DNA of 64,000 bases, taken from NCBI RefSeq assembly GCF_009914755.1, contig NC_060930.1; one strand, 5' to 3'. This document shows positions 28,767-42,885 of this stretch, piece after piece. Under the pieces are notes generated by a model that was given only the letters and a program-made list of their open reading frames with translations, had not been told where the DNA came from and searched no databases. Both the position numbers and the translations under genes were made by a program. How positions within the stretch are numbered: the stretch's first letter is position 1; every line of letters begins with the position of its first letter. Source of the stretch: the human T2T-CHM13v2.0 reference genome, Homo sapiens.

Positions 28767-30154
28767 CTAATATCACCTGAGGAAAATGCACTCAAAAATG
28801 TGTGTATAGTGTTAGAATTTTCACAGACACCAAAAAACTCCCATTCCCCCATGTATTCCTGGGGTCAACGAGCCCCAATTAATAACTCCTGCGCTACACA
28901 TTTTATCATAAACAGCACATTAAAAAGTTGAATTAAACCTATAAACACATAATGTTTCTAGTTTTAGTCTGATACTTGCTGAGCATCCACAGAATGTGAG
29001 ACAGAGGAGTGCTGAAGTATTGTTATATTGTTTTGTGCTTTATTGCATTTTTTCTAAAGAAGTAAAAAGAATACTTAGTCCAAATGGCATTGGGCTGTAA
29101 AGTGCTATTTTACCATATTTTCTTCTGGGAAATACTGGGTATTAAGGCCTTTTTTCACTTTTTTCTCTCACAACAATTAGGGAGCATCTCCTTGGTTCAA
29201 GGCAGTCAGCTAGAGACAGAGATTAAGTGTTGGGTCTTTCCAAGCTGAGACTCAATGTGGACTGTGGCCAAATCAATGAAACCACAGAAATCGGTATTGA
29301 TTGTGAAGACAATCAAAACGATGAACTGAAGGATGAACTCTTTGTGCTGGCTTCCCTACCACATATGGAAAATCTCAATCATCAGATTTCCAACTATAAT
29401 TTATAGTAGCATAAACTCTCCTTTTTTCCTTATTTTATTCATCCAAAGATTGTTAAAGATACCATTTGTATGCGTTTCCATGCATGTCATTAACTAAAAT
29501 AAATGGAAATACGAGAAGTGTTAAACTAAATTCAGTCTGTTTATGTTAACATAAAATTGTTTTTAATTTTTTTCCATCCAAACCCTCACATGACCAACTC
29601 ATCCATGCAGCCTTAAAAAATTGAGGACTGAATAAAAAATGAATGGGGTGTGCTTGATATGAACAATAAAGAAGATAAAATCCTTTTCGTGAAGGCTTAT
29701 ATTTTGTTACATAAAAGCTCTGCATTCTTCCATTATTGTGTCTTTAAAATACTCTTTAGTTTTCAAATAGTTTTGCTTTAGCTTTGTTTCAGCAGTGATA
29801 TTCTTTTCTTTGAAGCAGTTTGCCCACAGCTCTTTAAGCCTTCGTGTGTAAATTAAAGGGAATGAAAAAATAGCTAGCATGTGGCATTCTAGAGACATTT
29901 ACACTCCATCATAATTGCCACAAACATTCTTGTTAAATTTAATTCATTGATGTACCTGGTCCAAACTATTTTTTATCCTAAGAATAAAGTACATAGATTA
30001 CTTATTTTCTAATTCCTATTTACTAATATCTGACCAGTAAAAAAAAAAATTAGTTAGGTAGAAAGTGTTTATATGAAGTTCAACAACTATGGAAGAATTT
30101 TCTACATGGGCACAGCCTTTAGTAGTTTCTGCTTCAATTTGACTTTTGTAAATA

Positions 30155-30612
30155 CAGTTGACCTTGAACAACATGGGCTTGAACTGCATGGGTCCACTTA
30201 TATACGGATAATTTCCAATAAATGTCTCCAGCCTCACCTTCCACCTCTTCTGCTTCTGCCGCCCCAAGACAGAAAGACCAGCCTCTCCTCTTCCTCTGCC
30301 TCCTGAGCCTTCTTGAAGGACCTCTGGGATAATCTACTCCCATTTAATGAACCAGTAAATATATATTTTCTCTTTTTTATGATTTTCTTAATAACATTTT
30401 CTTTTCTCTACCTTACTTTATTGTAATAATACAGCAAATAATGCATATAATATACAAAATACATGTTAATTGACTATTTATGTTATTGGTAAGGCTTCTG
30501 GTCAACAGTGGGCTATTAATAGTTGAATTTTTCAAAGGTCAAAAATTATACATGAATTTTCAACTGCACAAGGACTGGGGCTTCTAGCCCCCAATTGTTC
30601 AAGAGTCAACTG
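30155..30612 (+). mobile_element. Tigger2a-like MITE
   Basis: TIRs cagttgaccttgaac / gttcaagagtcaactg flanked by TA on both sides. Confidence 0.9.
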
Positions 30613-31174
30613 TATATTGTATTAAGATCCAATAAATAATCTTATAAAAATTTAAAAATATATCTATAATAAAATTAAATTAGCAATGAGATTAAATAAT
30701 TGTTTGAGGGTTGATGCCAGTGTTTCACTAAACAAAATAAATGTCTTAAATTTCCCTTTATTATTTTAGGGTGAAATCATGAAACATCAATGAAATGAAA
30801 AAAAAACAGACTCATTTTCACTACAGTGTCACTAGGAGAAATTTAACTCAAATGAACATTAATTGTGGTTTTGATATGTCCTTATTATGTAATAATTTAG
30901 GCTCCTATGTAAACACACTGGCACAAGGAAATTACACCTTCTGAAAAAATTAGTCACACATATGCTAAGATAGTCATTAGTGGAAAGAGAAAACAAACTA
31001 AGGAATGAAAGGGGCATTTAAAAACTAATTCTGAATTGAATAAAGACAAAGGAAACATGGAGGGAGCATGTTTTAATTTTAGCATTTAACACTAGAAATA
31101 GATAAGAAATCAAGACACCAGTCAGATCTATGATTACAAAAGCTAGAATCTTGACAAACTTAGAAGAGAGTGGA

Positions 31175-31605
31175 AACAAACCAACTTTCCATCATCAGAT
31201 GAATAAATCAACATAATGTGGTGGATGCATGCAATGAAAAATTATTCAGACATAAAAAGAAATAAAGTTCTGATATGTGCTACAAACAAGGAAAAACCTT
31301 AAAAACCTTATGCTAAATGAAATAAGCCAAATACAGAGGGAGAAATATATGGTTCCGCTTATCTGAACTGTATAAAATAGGCAAATGTACAGAGACAGAA
31401 GCAAATTAGAGCTTCACAGGAACTTCGTGGAGGAAAGAATGAGGAGTAACTGGTTAGTGAGTACAGAGTTTCTGTTTGAGTTAATGAAAAATATTGGTAG
31501 AGAGTGGTGATGTTTTTACAACAATGAGAATGTAATTCCACTGAATGTAGTACACTGAAATGGCTAAAATGGCAAATTTTATATGTATTTTATCAGAATT
31601 TTATA
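31175..31605 (+). mobile_element. L1MB-type 3' end
   Basis: tatgctaaatgaaataagcca...gagtacagagtttctgttt...aatggctaaaatggcaaatttt. Confidence 0.75.
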
Positions 31606-31779
31606 AGAAGAGGACATATCATGGGCAGGGATGAGGAAGGGGCTATAGGTCAAAAACAGCAGGAATTAAATGCATATTAAGCACTTAGCATGGAGATAAT
31701 GCATATATCTGGCATGTGTCATGTACTCAACTAACACTGGGTTGCTTTTAAAGGGGAAAAAGAAGGATTCTCATTTTTA

Positions 31780-34700
31780 TTTATTTATTTTTATTTTTAT
31801 TTTTTATTTTTCCCTAAGTTATTGGGGTACAGGTGGTATTTGGTTACATGAGTAAGTTCTTTAGTGATGATTTGTGAGATTTTGATGCATCCATCACTCG
31901 AGCAGTATACACTGCACCCTATTTGTGGTCTTTTATCCCTTGCCTCCCTCCCACCCTTTCCCCCAAGTCCCCAAAGTCCATTGTATCATTCTTATGCCTT
32001 TGCATCCTCACAGCTTAGCTCCCACATATCAGTGAGAACATATGATGTTTGCTTTTCCATTCCTGTATTACTTCACTTAGAATAGTAGTCTCCAATCTTA
32101 TCCAGGTCACTGCAAATGCCATTAATTCATTCCTTTTTACAGCTGAATAGTATTCCATCATATATATGTATACCACAGTTTCTTTATCCTCTCCTTGATT
32201 GATGGGCATTTGGGTTGGTTCCACAATTTTGCAATTGCAAATTGTGCAGCTGTAAACATTTGTGCACAAGTATCATTTTCGTATGACTTCTTTTCCTCTG
32301 GATAGATACCCAGTAGTGGGATTGCTGGATCAAATAGTAGTTCCACTTTTAGCTTTTTAAGGAATTTCCACGCTGTTTTCCACAGTGGCTGGACTAGTTT
32401 ACATTCCCATCAGCAGCGTGGAAGTGTTCCCTGATCACCACATCCACACCAACATCTACCGTTTTTGATTTTTTGATTATGGCCATTCTTGTAGGAGTAA
32501 GGTGGTATCGCATTGTAGTTTTGATTTGCATTTTCCTGATCATTAGTGATGTTGAACATTTTTTCATATGTTTTTGGCCATTTTTATATCTTCTTTTGAG
32601 AACTGTCTATCCATGTCCTTAGTCCACTTTTTGATGGGATTGTGTGTGGTTTTTTTTTCTTACTGATTTGAGTTTGTTGCAGATTCTGGATATTAGTCCT
32701 TTGTCAGGCATATAGATTGGGTTGTCTATTTACTCTACTGACAGTTCCTTTGGCCGTCCAAAAGCTCTTTAGTATAATTAGGTCCCAACTATTTATCTTT
32801 GTTTTTATTGTGTTTGCTTTTGGGTTCTTGGTCATGAAATCCTTGCCTAAGCCAGTTTCTAGAAGGGTTTTTCCAATGTTCTTTTCCAGAATTTTTATAG
32901 TTTCAGGTCTTAGATTTAAACCCTTAATCAATCTTGAGTATATTTTTGTGTAAGGTGAGAGATGAGGATCTAGTTTCATTCTCCTACATGTGGCTAGCCA
33001 ATTATCCCAGCATCATTTGTTGAAAAGGGTGTCATTTCCCCACTTTATGTTTTTGTTTACTTTGTCAAAAATCAGTTGACTGTAAGTATTTGGGTTTATT
33101 TCTGGGTTCTCTATTCATTTCCACTGGTCTATGTGCCTATTTTTGTACAAGTACCATGCTGTTTTGGTGACTATGGCCTTATAGTATAGTTTGAAATCAG
33201 GTAGTGTGATGCCTCCAGATTTGTTATTTTTGCTTAGTCTTGCTTTGGCTATGCGGGCTCTTTTTTGGTTCCATATGAATTTTAGAATTGTTTTTTTCTA
33301 ATTCTGTAAATAATGATGCTGGTATTTTGATTGGAATTGCATTGAATTTGTAGATTGCTTTTGGCAGTATGGTCATTTTCACAGTATTGATTCTATCCAC
33401 CCATGGGCATGGGATGTGTTTCCATTTGTTTGTGTCATCTACGATTTCTTTCAGCAGTGTTTTGTAGTTTTCTTTGTAAAGGTCTTTAGCCTCCTTGGTT
33501 AGGTATATTCCGAATTATTTTAATTTTTTTGCAGGTATTGTAAAAGTGGTTGAGTTCTTCATTTGCTTCCCCACTTGGTCGCCATTGGTGTATAGAAGAG
33601 CTACTGATTTGTGTACATTAATCTTGTATCCAGAAACTTTGCTGAATTCTTTTATTAGTTCTAGGAGCTTACTGGAGGAGTCTTTAGGGTTTTCAAGGTA
33701 AATGACCATATCGTCAGCAAACAGTGACAGTTTGACTTCCGCTTTACCAATTTGAATGCCATTATTTCTTTCTCTTGTCTGATTGCTCTGGCTAGGACTT
33801 CCAGTACTCTGCTGAAGAGGAGTGGTGAGAGTGGGCATCCTTGTCTTGTTCTAGTTCTCAGAGGGAATGCTTTCAACTTTTCCCCATTCAGTATTATGTT
33901 GGCTGTGGGTTTGTCATAGATGGCTTTTATTACATTGAGGTATGTCTTTTGTACGCCTATTTTGCTGAGAGTTTTAATCATAAAGGGATCCTGGATTTTT
34001 GTCTAATGTTTTTCCTGCATCTATTAAGATGATCATGTGGTTTTTGCTTTTAATTCTGTTTATGTAATGTATCATATTTATTGACTTGCAAATGTTAAAT
34101 CATCCCTGCATCCTTGGTATAAAACCCACTTGATCATGGTCAATTATCTTTTCAATATGTTGTTGTATTCAATTAGCTAGTATTTTGTTAAGGATTTTGG
34201 CATCTATGTTCATCAAGGATTTCTGTCTGTATTTTTTTTTTTTTTTGGTTAATATCAAAACTTTCCTGATTTTGGTAATAGGGAGATCCTGGCTTCATAG
34301 AATGAATTAGAGAGGGTTCCTTCTTTCTCTATCCTGTGGAATAATGTCAAAAGGATTGGTACCAATTGTTCTTTGAATGTCTGGTAGAATTCTGCTGTGC
34401 CACCTTCTGGTCCTGGACTTTTTTTTTTTTGCTGGTAATTTTTGATTTACCATTTCAATCTCATTGCTTGTTATTGGTCTGTTCAGGGTATCTAATTCTT
34501 CCTAATTTAAGCTAGGAGGTTTGTATTTTTTCAGGAATCTATCCATCTCTTCTAGTTTTTCTAGTTTATGTGCATAAAGGTGTTCATAGTAGCCTCGAAT
34601 GATCTTTTGTATTTCAGTGGTGTCAGTTGTAATATCTTCTGCTTTGTTTCTTAATGAGGTTATTTGGATTTTCTCTCTTCTTTTCTTGGTTAATCTTGCC

Positions 34701-35650
34701 AGTGGTCTATCAATTTTATTTATCTTTTCAAAGAAACAGCTTTTTGTTTCACTTATCTTTTGCATTTTTTTTTTGTTTTAATTTCGTTTAGTTCTGCTCT
34801 CATCTTGTTTATTTCTTTTCTTCTGCTGGGTTTGAATTTGGGTTTGGTTTATTCTTGTTTCACTAGTTCCTTGAGTTGTGACCTTAGAATGTCAGTTTTT
34901 TTCTCTTTCAGTCTTTCTGATGTAGGCATTTAGGGCTATGAACTTTCTCCTCAGTACCGCCTTTGCTGTATCCCCGAAGTTCTGATAGGTTGTGTCATTA
35001 TTGTTGTTCAGTTCGAAGAATTTTTTAATTTCCATCTTGATTTTGTTTTTGACCCAATGCTCATAGAGGAGCAGGTTATTTAATTTCCATGTATTTGCAT
35101 GGTTTTGAAGGTTCCTTTTGGAGTTGATTTCCAGTTTTCTTCCACTGTGGTCTGAGAGAGTGGTTGATATAATTTCAATTTTCTTAAATGTATTGAGGCT
35201 CATTTTGTGGCCTATCATATGGTCCGTCTTGGAGAAAGTTCCAGGCACTGTTGAATAGAATATGTTTTCTGGGGTTGGTGGATGAAATGTTCTGTATATA
35301 TCAGTTAAGTCCATTTGTTCCAAGGTATAGTTTAAATCCATTGTTTCTTTGTTGACTTTCTGTCTTGATTACCTGTCTAGTGCTTTCAACGGAGTACTGA
35401 AGTCCCCCATTATTATTGTGTTGCTGTCTATCTCATTTCTTAGGTCTGTTAGTAATTGTTTTATAAATTTGGGAGCTCCAGTGTTAGGTGCATATACGTT
35501 TAGGTCTGTGACATTTTCCTGTTAGACAAGGCCTTTTACCATTATATAATGTCCCTCTTTGTCTCTTTTAACAGTTGTTGCTTTAAAGTTTGTTTTGTCT
35601 GATATAAGAATAGCTACCTTTGGTGTCCATTTGCATGAAATGCCTTTTTC
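31780..35650 (-). mobile_element. L1PB1-like element, ORF2 to 3' end (non-inverted arm)
   Basis: L1PB1 3' end gttattggggtacaggtggtatttggttacatg; ORF2 remnants [21 protein letters not shown]. Confidence 0.95.
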
Positions 35651-35987
35651 CTACCAAGCCACCACTACAAGAACTGCTAAAAGGAGCTCTAAATTTTGAA
35701 ATAAATCCTGGAAACACATAAAAACAGAACCACTTTAAAGTATAAATTACACAGGACCTATGAAACAAAAATACAAGGTAAAAAGCAAAAACAAAACAAG
35801 GTACACATGCAACAAATAGCATGATGAATGCAATGGTACCTCACATCTCAACACTAATATTGAATATAAATAGCCTAAATGCTCCACTTAAAACTGCAGA
35901 ATGGGTAAAAACTCACCAACCAACTATCTGCTGCCTTCAGGAGCCTCACCTAACACATAAGGACTCACATAAACTTAAAGTAAAGGG
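35651..35987 (+). mobile_element. Inverted 5' arm of the same L1PB1 (ORF1 end, spacer, ORF2 start)
   Basis: MMNAMVPHISTLILNINSLNAPLK...ICCLQE; followed by TSD ggattctcatcttta. Confidence 0.9.
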
Positions 35988-38059
35988 ATTCTCATCTTTA
36001 AAAGGATGGAATTCACAGGACTGGAATGGCAGTATAAACTCTCGCTCCTTCATACCCTATCCTGGATAGAGTACAAAGCTTTAAATCAGTAGTTATTTGG
36101 TATGTGTTTGTTGAGTGACAAGTTGAACAAGATTGAGCCTGGTTACCTTGAAGGGGTCAATATCACCTCTGCTTTCTTGGGGAAGAAACAACCTGGGGTA
36201 GCATAAATAATAGAGAATGGCAAAGCCCTCAGTAAAATAATAATAATAATGATTTAAAAATTTAAGTCAGTGAAGAGAAAAAGCATTGAAATCTCAGATA
36301 TATGGAATTGCAGAATGTTCTAGCTAGAAACTAGAACTCTATATTAAACTCAAACTTTTACAGATTAGAAAATTATACTTAAGGAGAAAATGGAAATGAA
36401 AAGGATATGTGAAAAAGAAATAACATGAAAATGAGTTAACCACAGCCAAATAGACCCATGCAAACGTCTTTGGGTTTTATCAATATCTTTAATTCAGAGA
36501 GTATTGTCTTGTACTACTTCTCCCATGCCTAGTATATTGCTTTGTTATATTGCATGAAGTAATCAGAAATATTAATTAGCCAGTTGATTTTGGTATCTAT
36601 GCACTAAAGGGATTAATGTAACCATGCTGCAAATATCAGAATAGGCAGAAGAGCAAAATTTCTAATCCGTGTGCCTAGTATGCATAATTCATATTAGACA
36701 ACATTAAAAATAGAAACCTGTAGACAAAAATGTCCTTATCCTTCTAGTTTATAGTTATGCTTTTTAAAAAGCAAAATTACTAAAAGAAAACCCTTATTTT
36801 AAGAAAAAAATATATTGTAGTAACTATCCTTTTAATGGTACCTGTGTTCTGTGTTGGAATATAGCTGCTCTTCTCTTCCCAAAAGTATGCTAAACAAACA
36901 AATCAAAAACCTCTACCAGGCTACATAAGAGCTACTAAGTAAACCATGAAAATATATCATACCGGATAAACAAACCCAATTAGAAGAAAGGGCAAAAAGT
37001 TTCAAGTGCTGTGAATAAAAGAGACACAAAATAGAATCAGGCTATACATAGATTACATATCTTTCTTCCAAGGACTCAGTCCCAAAGGAGTACAAACTTC
37101 ATCTATAGTATTCTAATGTCAATAGAATATTTGAACTTTGTGCCATTATTATCTATATTCTATTAGAAAGTACTTTTATCCTTAAATTTTCCATTCTTAG
37201 TGTATTGTTTCATGTTATCTATAAATATTATTATATTCAGAGGCCAAATTTAACATAAAAATTTGTTTTATACCCCATTTTTTTAGGATATAATTTTACT
37301 TAAAGTCTGTTATGTTTGACCAAAACTTATGAGTACCACTTACAAAAATTACACTATAAAAAGTTGCGTACTTTCTTAAAAGAAACCATAAACATCTAAG
37401 CTTTGCCTAAAATTGATGAAATGAACAAAATACAAAATGATTTTCAAAGTATGTTATTAACCCTATAATTAATGTAATAGTGTATTTTTTTCAGACATTG
37501 TTAATATGTGTCCCATCTCTTCCACAATGATTCCATTAATATAATTATTTCACATACTTATAAATTAAATTGATGTTTACAAAAAAGCATATTATAAATT
37601 GCATTTTATTTTATCAACATTTATTATGTAGTTACATTGTGCCAAGCATCAAAACCAGCACTTAATTGCAACAAGCTCACAAATTGCTATAAATGCAATA
37701 TAAAACTTCCTCTTAGGTAATACAAGTCATAAACAAAGTATTTAAAGTTTTATTATTTTCCTATCTAATAAATAATATTCATACTTATTTTTATATTAAA
37801 ATACACATTTTTTTCATTTGAATGCTTTTGTAAATCAAACAAAAAAATGAAAATACAAAAACTGGCCTACCTCTACAAACTCTTATTTACCAAGATAAAA
37901 TTCACACCACTCATCTTAATCCATAACTTGATGTTTATTTTAATGACAAGTGTTTGTTAGGCATTTATTGTGTGTCAGGCACTGGAGTAGGAGCCAGGGA
38001 TCCAAAGATAACATTCATGGACTAATCTGTGTCACAAAGAAGTTCCCAGAATTGTGAAG

Positions 38060-38480
38060 AGGATTTTATTTTTCCCTTCCTCAGTTGCAACCTTCATAAT
38101 CTGCCTAGGTTGTACCAGCTCCAAGTCTGCAATTCTGTCTGATACATTTCTGCCACCACGGTCTAGAATATTGCCACATGTTCATCCCTAATGCCTACTG
38201 AGTAACTTTCCTGATATTCGTGATGTGTCAACCTGTCTACATTACAGAACATGGCCTCATCTTAGAAACTGTTTCATATGCCTTGTGGAGCATCTTTCTA
38301 TCACTGACACACCAAGCTGGACATCACTGATAACCACTATTTGTCCACAGTTCCCTCTGGTACCCACCACTTATGTTTCAAGATATCATGCATCAACAAA
38401 CTCACCACTCCAGCATGGCTTCTCCTGGATTACAACCCATTTTTGTTTGTAACATCCTCTGTTAGTCCATCCTTTTCAGG
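38060..38480 (+). mobile_element. L2 fragment
   Basis: Pyrimidine-rich L2-like sequence (ctcctggattacaac...cctct). Confidence 0.45.
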
Positions 38481-39199
38481 GCAGCTTGGGTGGCGGAAAG
38501 AAATATCTCTCATTTAGTCATTTTCTTCATAGAAGGAAATTCTACCCAGAATAAAATTCTATTCTGAATCTAAATAAAAAGTCAGAAACCCCAGTTAACC
38601 TTTTTCTTCCATTAATTTGTTTCATAATTGGTCTAAATCATAGTTAATGCTTATTTTTCAAAATATTACCTTCAACTTTTCCAAAGCTAACATTTCATAA
38701 ACATGGAAAAAAGAAAGCTCAAAGAATTCAAATGATTTTTCCAAGGTCACATACTGCTAGTTAATGTTAACAATGGTATATTTTTTCGTACTTCTAAGAC
38801 TGATTTGTGTGCTAAAATATCAGACCTGGCAGAAAAATCCAGTCAACGTATTCACAAAAATTTCTGAGTCCTATTACTTGTGGGGCAGAACATTAACAGA
38901 TAGATGTTAAAAAATTATCCTCAATGAATCTAACTGATTATATACAGCTGATTATGTATCCCATAGGTATCTGATATTTTTCTAGTCTGTGTACAAGATA
39001 ATAGCATAAAAGTGGTATTTGCTCTATAAGAAAGAACAAAAGATGCTTATGTAGAAAATGGAGGTCAAACATATATATGCATATGTATACATATGTATGC
39101 ATGTAAACACACACAGTGTATAAATGAAGATGTTAAAATAATGCCTATTTCTCAGCCACGCCGTCATTAGTTCATTTGCTATAAATACAAATATTTATA

Positions 39200-39750
39200 T
39201 TAAACTTCTCCACGGGTCAATTATAGGGCCCACTGAAGACGGTTTAATATCAAAACTTAAAAAAACAATACAAGCAAGTGAAAAATATTATTTCTAAAAT
39301 AGGAGCTCTAAATTCTGAACATGTAGCACTGGCTGTAGTATCTGACATCCGTGTGAAATCAGTTTTGCCCAAAATATGCAGCTCATGCTGTGACAGTGAC
39401 AGTGATGTGCACTGTTTAATGTCAGTTCGAGAGGAGAGGCCACAGCAGAGTGGAAAGGACCTCACTCAACATGCATTTCATGACACTATGGAATCACTTA
39501 AGAACCCTGACTGGAAAGTGACTGAACAATAGGCAGATATGACATTTGCTTTTTGACCATTTAATAAAAAGAGTCTACCAGGGTGTCTTCCCTTTTGATT
39601 AAAAGGGAATTTTTATTCATTTTACCATTCTGTATACCCAAATATTGGCCATGCTTTTTGTATATTCAGTGCAAGATGGCATATTAATCCAGTAACATTG
39701 TTGCTACATTGACAAATATTTAACCATCTTTGTTCTGCTCTGAGAGGGCA
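39200..39750 (+). mobile_element. hAT Charlie/ZBED5-type transposase fossil
   Basis: EERPQQSGKDLTQ ~ EVRWLSRGKVLTR; downstream QIFNHLCSALRG ~ DIFxHLNxLNxxLQG. Confidence 0.55.
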
Positions 39751-39784
39751 CTATTGTTGGGAACAGGCTACTCACATCCTGAAC

Positions 39785-40018
39785 CAAACAGTGAGCACAC
39801 ATGGACAAAAATATGGGAATAACAGACACTGCAGGCTAGCAGAGGAGGGAGAGAAGGAGAGGGTTGTGGGTGGAAAAACTACTTCTTGGGTACTATGCTC
39901 ACTACCTGGGTGATGAGGTCCATACCCCAAATCTCAGCATCACGCAATATGTCACCTGTAATAAACCTGCACATGCACCCTCTGTATCTAAAATAAAAGT
40001 TAATATTAAAAAACAAAA
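39785..40018 (+). mobile_element. Short L1 3' end (L1PA16/L1PB4-like)
   Basis: gggtactatgctcactacctgggtga...aaacctgcacatg...ctaaaataaaagtt. Confidence 0.85.
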
Positions 40019-41709
40019 TGAAATAGCATAGTCATTTCAGTTAATGGCAAAAACTAAATTACACAATAATATTTTGCACTATTGCTGACTAGCGGTTATT
40101 CATTAGCTAATAGTTATTCCAATATTGTGAAATTATTTGTTTCACCAGTAGAATTCCTTCTTTGTGACCCAATGACCTAGCACCATACCTTTAAAATTCC
40201 AAAAGTTATTTATTCCTGGTATGCACAGAAAGATTTATGCCTACTGCACATGATTATATAACCACCACTACTGAAGGAAAGCTTTATTAACCAAATATCT
40301 CAAGGAAATCAACATTCTTGTCAAGTCTCATTAACTGCATGAGGTGAGCTAGAAAGATAGATAAATGAGCCTTAAATATTTTTGTAAGTTCTTAATTTTA
40401 TTTTCTGCAATACTTATTGTATGGTGAAAGGTGTAACCCCTGGTAAAGCCCAACAGCTATGTTCTTATAATAATACTTTGAATCTAAGAAAATAGTTTTC
40501 TGTAAACAAAATCAAACAGAAAAAAAAAAGTTGCCATTATTAGTCATGAAAAATGCTTTGGCATGTCTATATGTATGTATGTAGGCAACATCACTTTCTT
40601 CTTCATTGACCATGCCTTGGCCTTAATTTTACACCTCATTCACTGAAGGGGACTCACCTCACACAAATCTATAATGCTGATGGCTTTCACAGTGGGAAGA
40701 TCTTATTAATTTATTAATCATTTTATTATTTTTGACATATTTAATTTCTCCCATTAATTACATGTTTCACAAATGTGAAAAATGACTGTGGTTGGTGGTC
40801 ATTTTATGAGAATCCAATATCTATTCCTCTATTTCTCAGCAAATGCATATCCAAAGAAAATGTCAGTACTATGTCATCTCTAACTCGGATTTGTAGGCAA
40901 CAAAGCTCTATGTATGGGAATTTTTCAATCTGGCAGGTAGACTAGGCTCCTACAGCAAGTAAATCCAGAAGTGTCGCCTGGTAGAGCTCTCCAGACCTTG
41001 TGGTTTAAAGAGATTCTCAACAGAGAGAAAGTCCTCCCTCCCCAGCAGTCCTATCGTCAGCATGCTATCTCATTGTGATGCTCTTTTTACTTCCCTGCAG
41101 TGTTCCTGAAATAATTGGAAATGAGGGAGAGCTTCTTGTCAGAAATGGTTTAGGGTCTTCTGTTATAGAAACAATCATCCACAAATCTTATGATTTGCTT
41201 CACCACAAGTGAGAAAATTAGCAGGTAGTTTATAAAATTAAAGAGAGAAAACAAAGCTTTTGGCTCAAAGTATTGTTTTACTAATTTACCTAAATCAGTT
41301 TTTAGCTGAATCAAAATTATTCTCTTTTTTACCATTGACAAGGCATAAGAACAAAGACCAATTCAAATCACATTTTTCCTTTCTTAACAGTCTGCAACTT
41401 AGTTAACTTAATTGAAGTAATTTGTTTTAAATTTGGGGTTAGAATATTGCAGGAAGCCTCGGTTAGGGAAACAGTCTCTTAGTGATCTATGGCTTTTGTG
41501 CATATACGGCCTTCTGCTCTATGATACACATAGAAGACAGAACACTTATTGAGGAGTTGCTTTAAAATATGAGGTTTAGCCCTGAAAAATGAAAATCTTA
41601 TTTTAATATTTTATTCACATAAATTATTTTATACATAAATAAAATGTAAAGATGACTATTTTGAGGAAAGTTACTATTGTTCAATGTGATGTAGCAGAAG
41701 AGACTCCCA

Positions 41710-41728
41710 TAGCGCCCTCTGCCTCCTT
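41710..41728 (-). promoter_or_regulatory. CTCF-like motif
   Basis: Reverse complement GGAGGCAGAGGGCGCTA; CpG retained in an AT-rich background. Confidence 0.5.
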
Positions 41729-42349
41729 TCTACCCAGAATAAAACAATACTTTCTTGATTTGCTATTACAATTGTATTGCCTGTTCTGGTGTTTTACAAG
41801 TCACACCTTACAATTGGAATTGACCTCTGCTTCCTATGGCTTCCACTCCTGAGAGCTGCAATTATGAGTGTGTCCTCAGGTGCTTTCCTCATTTAGACCT
41901 GAAACTCAATTTGTCCCCACAATATGTATTCTGTGTTGAGACAAGATAAATATAAGCAGGAAGAGACAGAAGGGTTTCCTATGTCTGGTAATAGCCGAAA
42001 TAATTTGGAAGAAGGATCCCTGAAGTAGCTTTAATTACCCATGTAATCCTGAGTAACGATATCTTTCAAAGCCTAGAAAAATTAAGAATGCCTCATTTCT
42101 CTGGGCAAGATTGTACTCTGGTTATTTTTATTGAAAAGATATGGAAATTGCAAAATACCAAGAGCCAGACCAGTTAAAAAGTTCCAAACTCCCTTTAGCT
42201 TACATCCAAGTCTGTGACAAGTTGAATCTAGATATTACCCACACTGCTCTTGCCCATACTCAGTCTGAAGCTAGGATTTTTCAGTCTCTCAAAAGACCCT
42301 TGCCTCCAGAGAAAGTGTCACACATTCCATGAAGGCGAAGAAAATTCAT

Positions 42350-42700
42350 ATATTCATCCATCCACCCATCCATCCATTCATTCATTCAATGCTATTCTCC
42401 TCTATATGCCACATACTCCCCTATATACTGAGGGTACAATACTAAAACAAAATGAATAGGTAAATAAACCCATTTTTCTAATGGAGCCTACATTCTACTA
42501 GGAAGAAACAAACTACAGATACATAAGTATTTAAGTTAGAATTTACGGTGTAAATGCAATGAAGAAAATGAGGCCAGTTAAGGGGACAGAGGGACAGTGG
42601 GAATTGCCATTTTAGCTAACATAGTCAAGCCCAAAGGGAGAAGGTGACATTTGACATGAAACCTGAAGGAAGTGAAGTGGGAAGTAACAGAGATCAGTCA
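42350..42700 (-). mobile_element. L2 3' fragment
   Basis: catccattcattcattcaa; ggagcctacattcta; gaaggtgacatttga. Confidence 0.7.
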
Positions 42701-42724
42701 AGTGTTTCACATAGGTCATAGAGA

Positions 42725-42885
42725 GCCTTGCTAACTCTAAATGTGGTCTGGGGACCATGGACAGAAGCATCAAACAGGAGCTTATTAGAGATACAGAATT
42801 TCAGGCCCCACCCCAGAACTCCTGAATCAGAATCTGTATTTTCATAATATCCGCAGGGGATTTGTGTGCACATTAATGATCAAAA
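42725..42885 (+). mobile_element. MER5A/B (hAT-Charlie)
   Basis: caggccccaccccagaactcctgaatcagaatctg. Confidence 0.8.

Noticed and set aside
39748-40087. gcactattg(t/c)tg repeat as the TSD of an L1 with a 3' transduction, or a MADE1 remnant
   Set aside because: No poly(A) before the second copy, not an endonuclease-type site, and the MADE1 similarity is too short.
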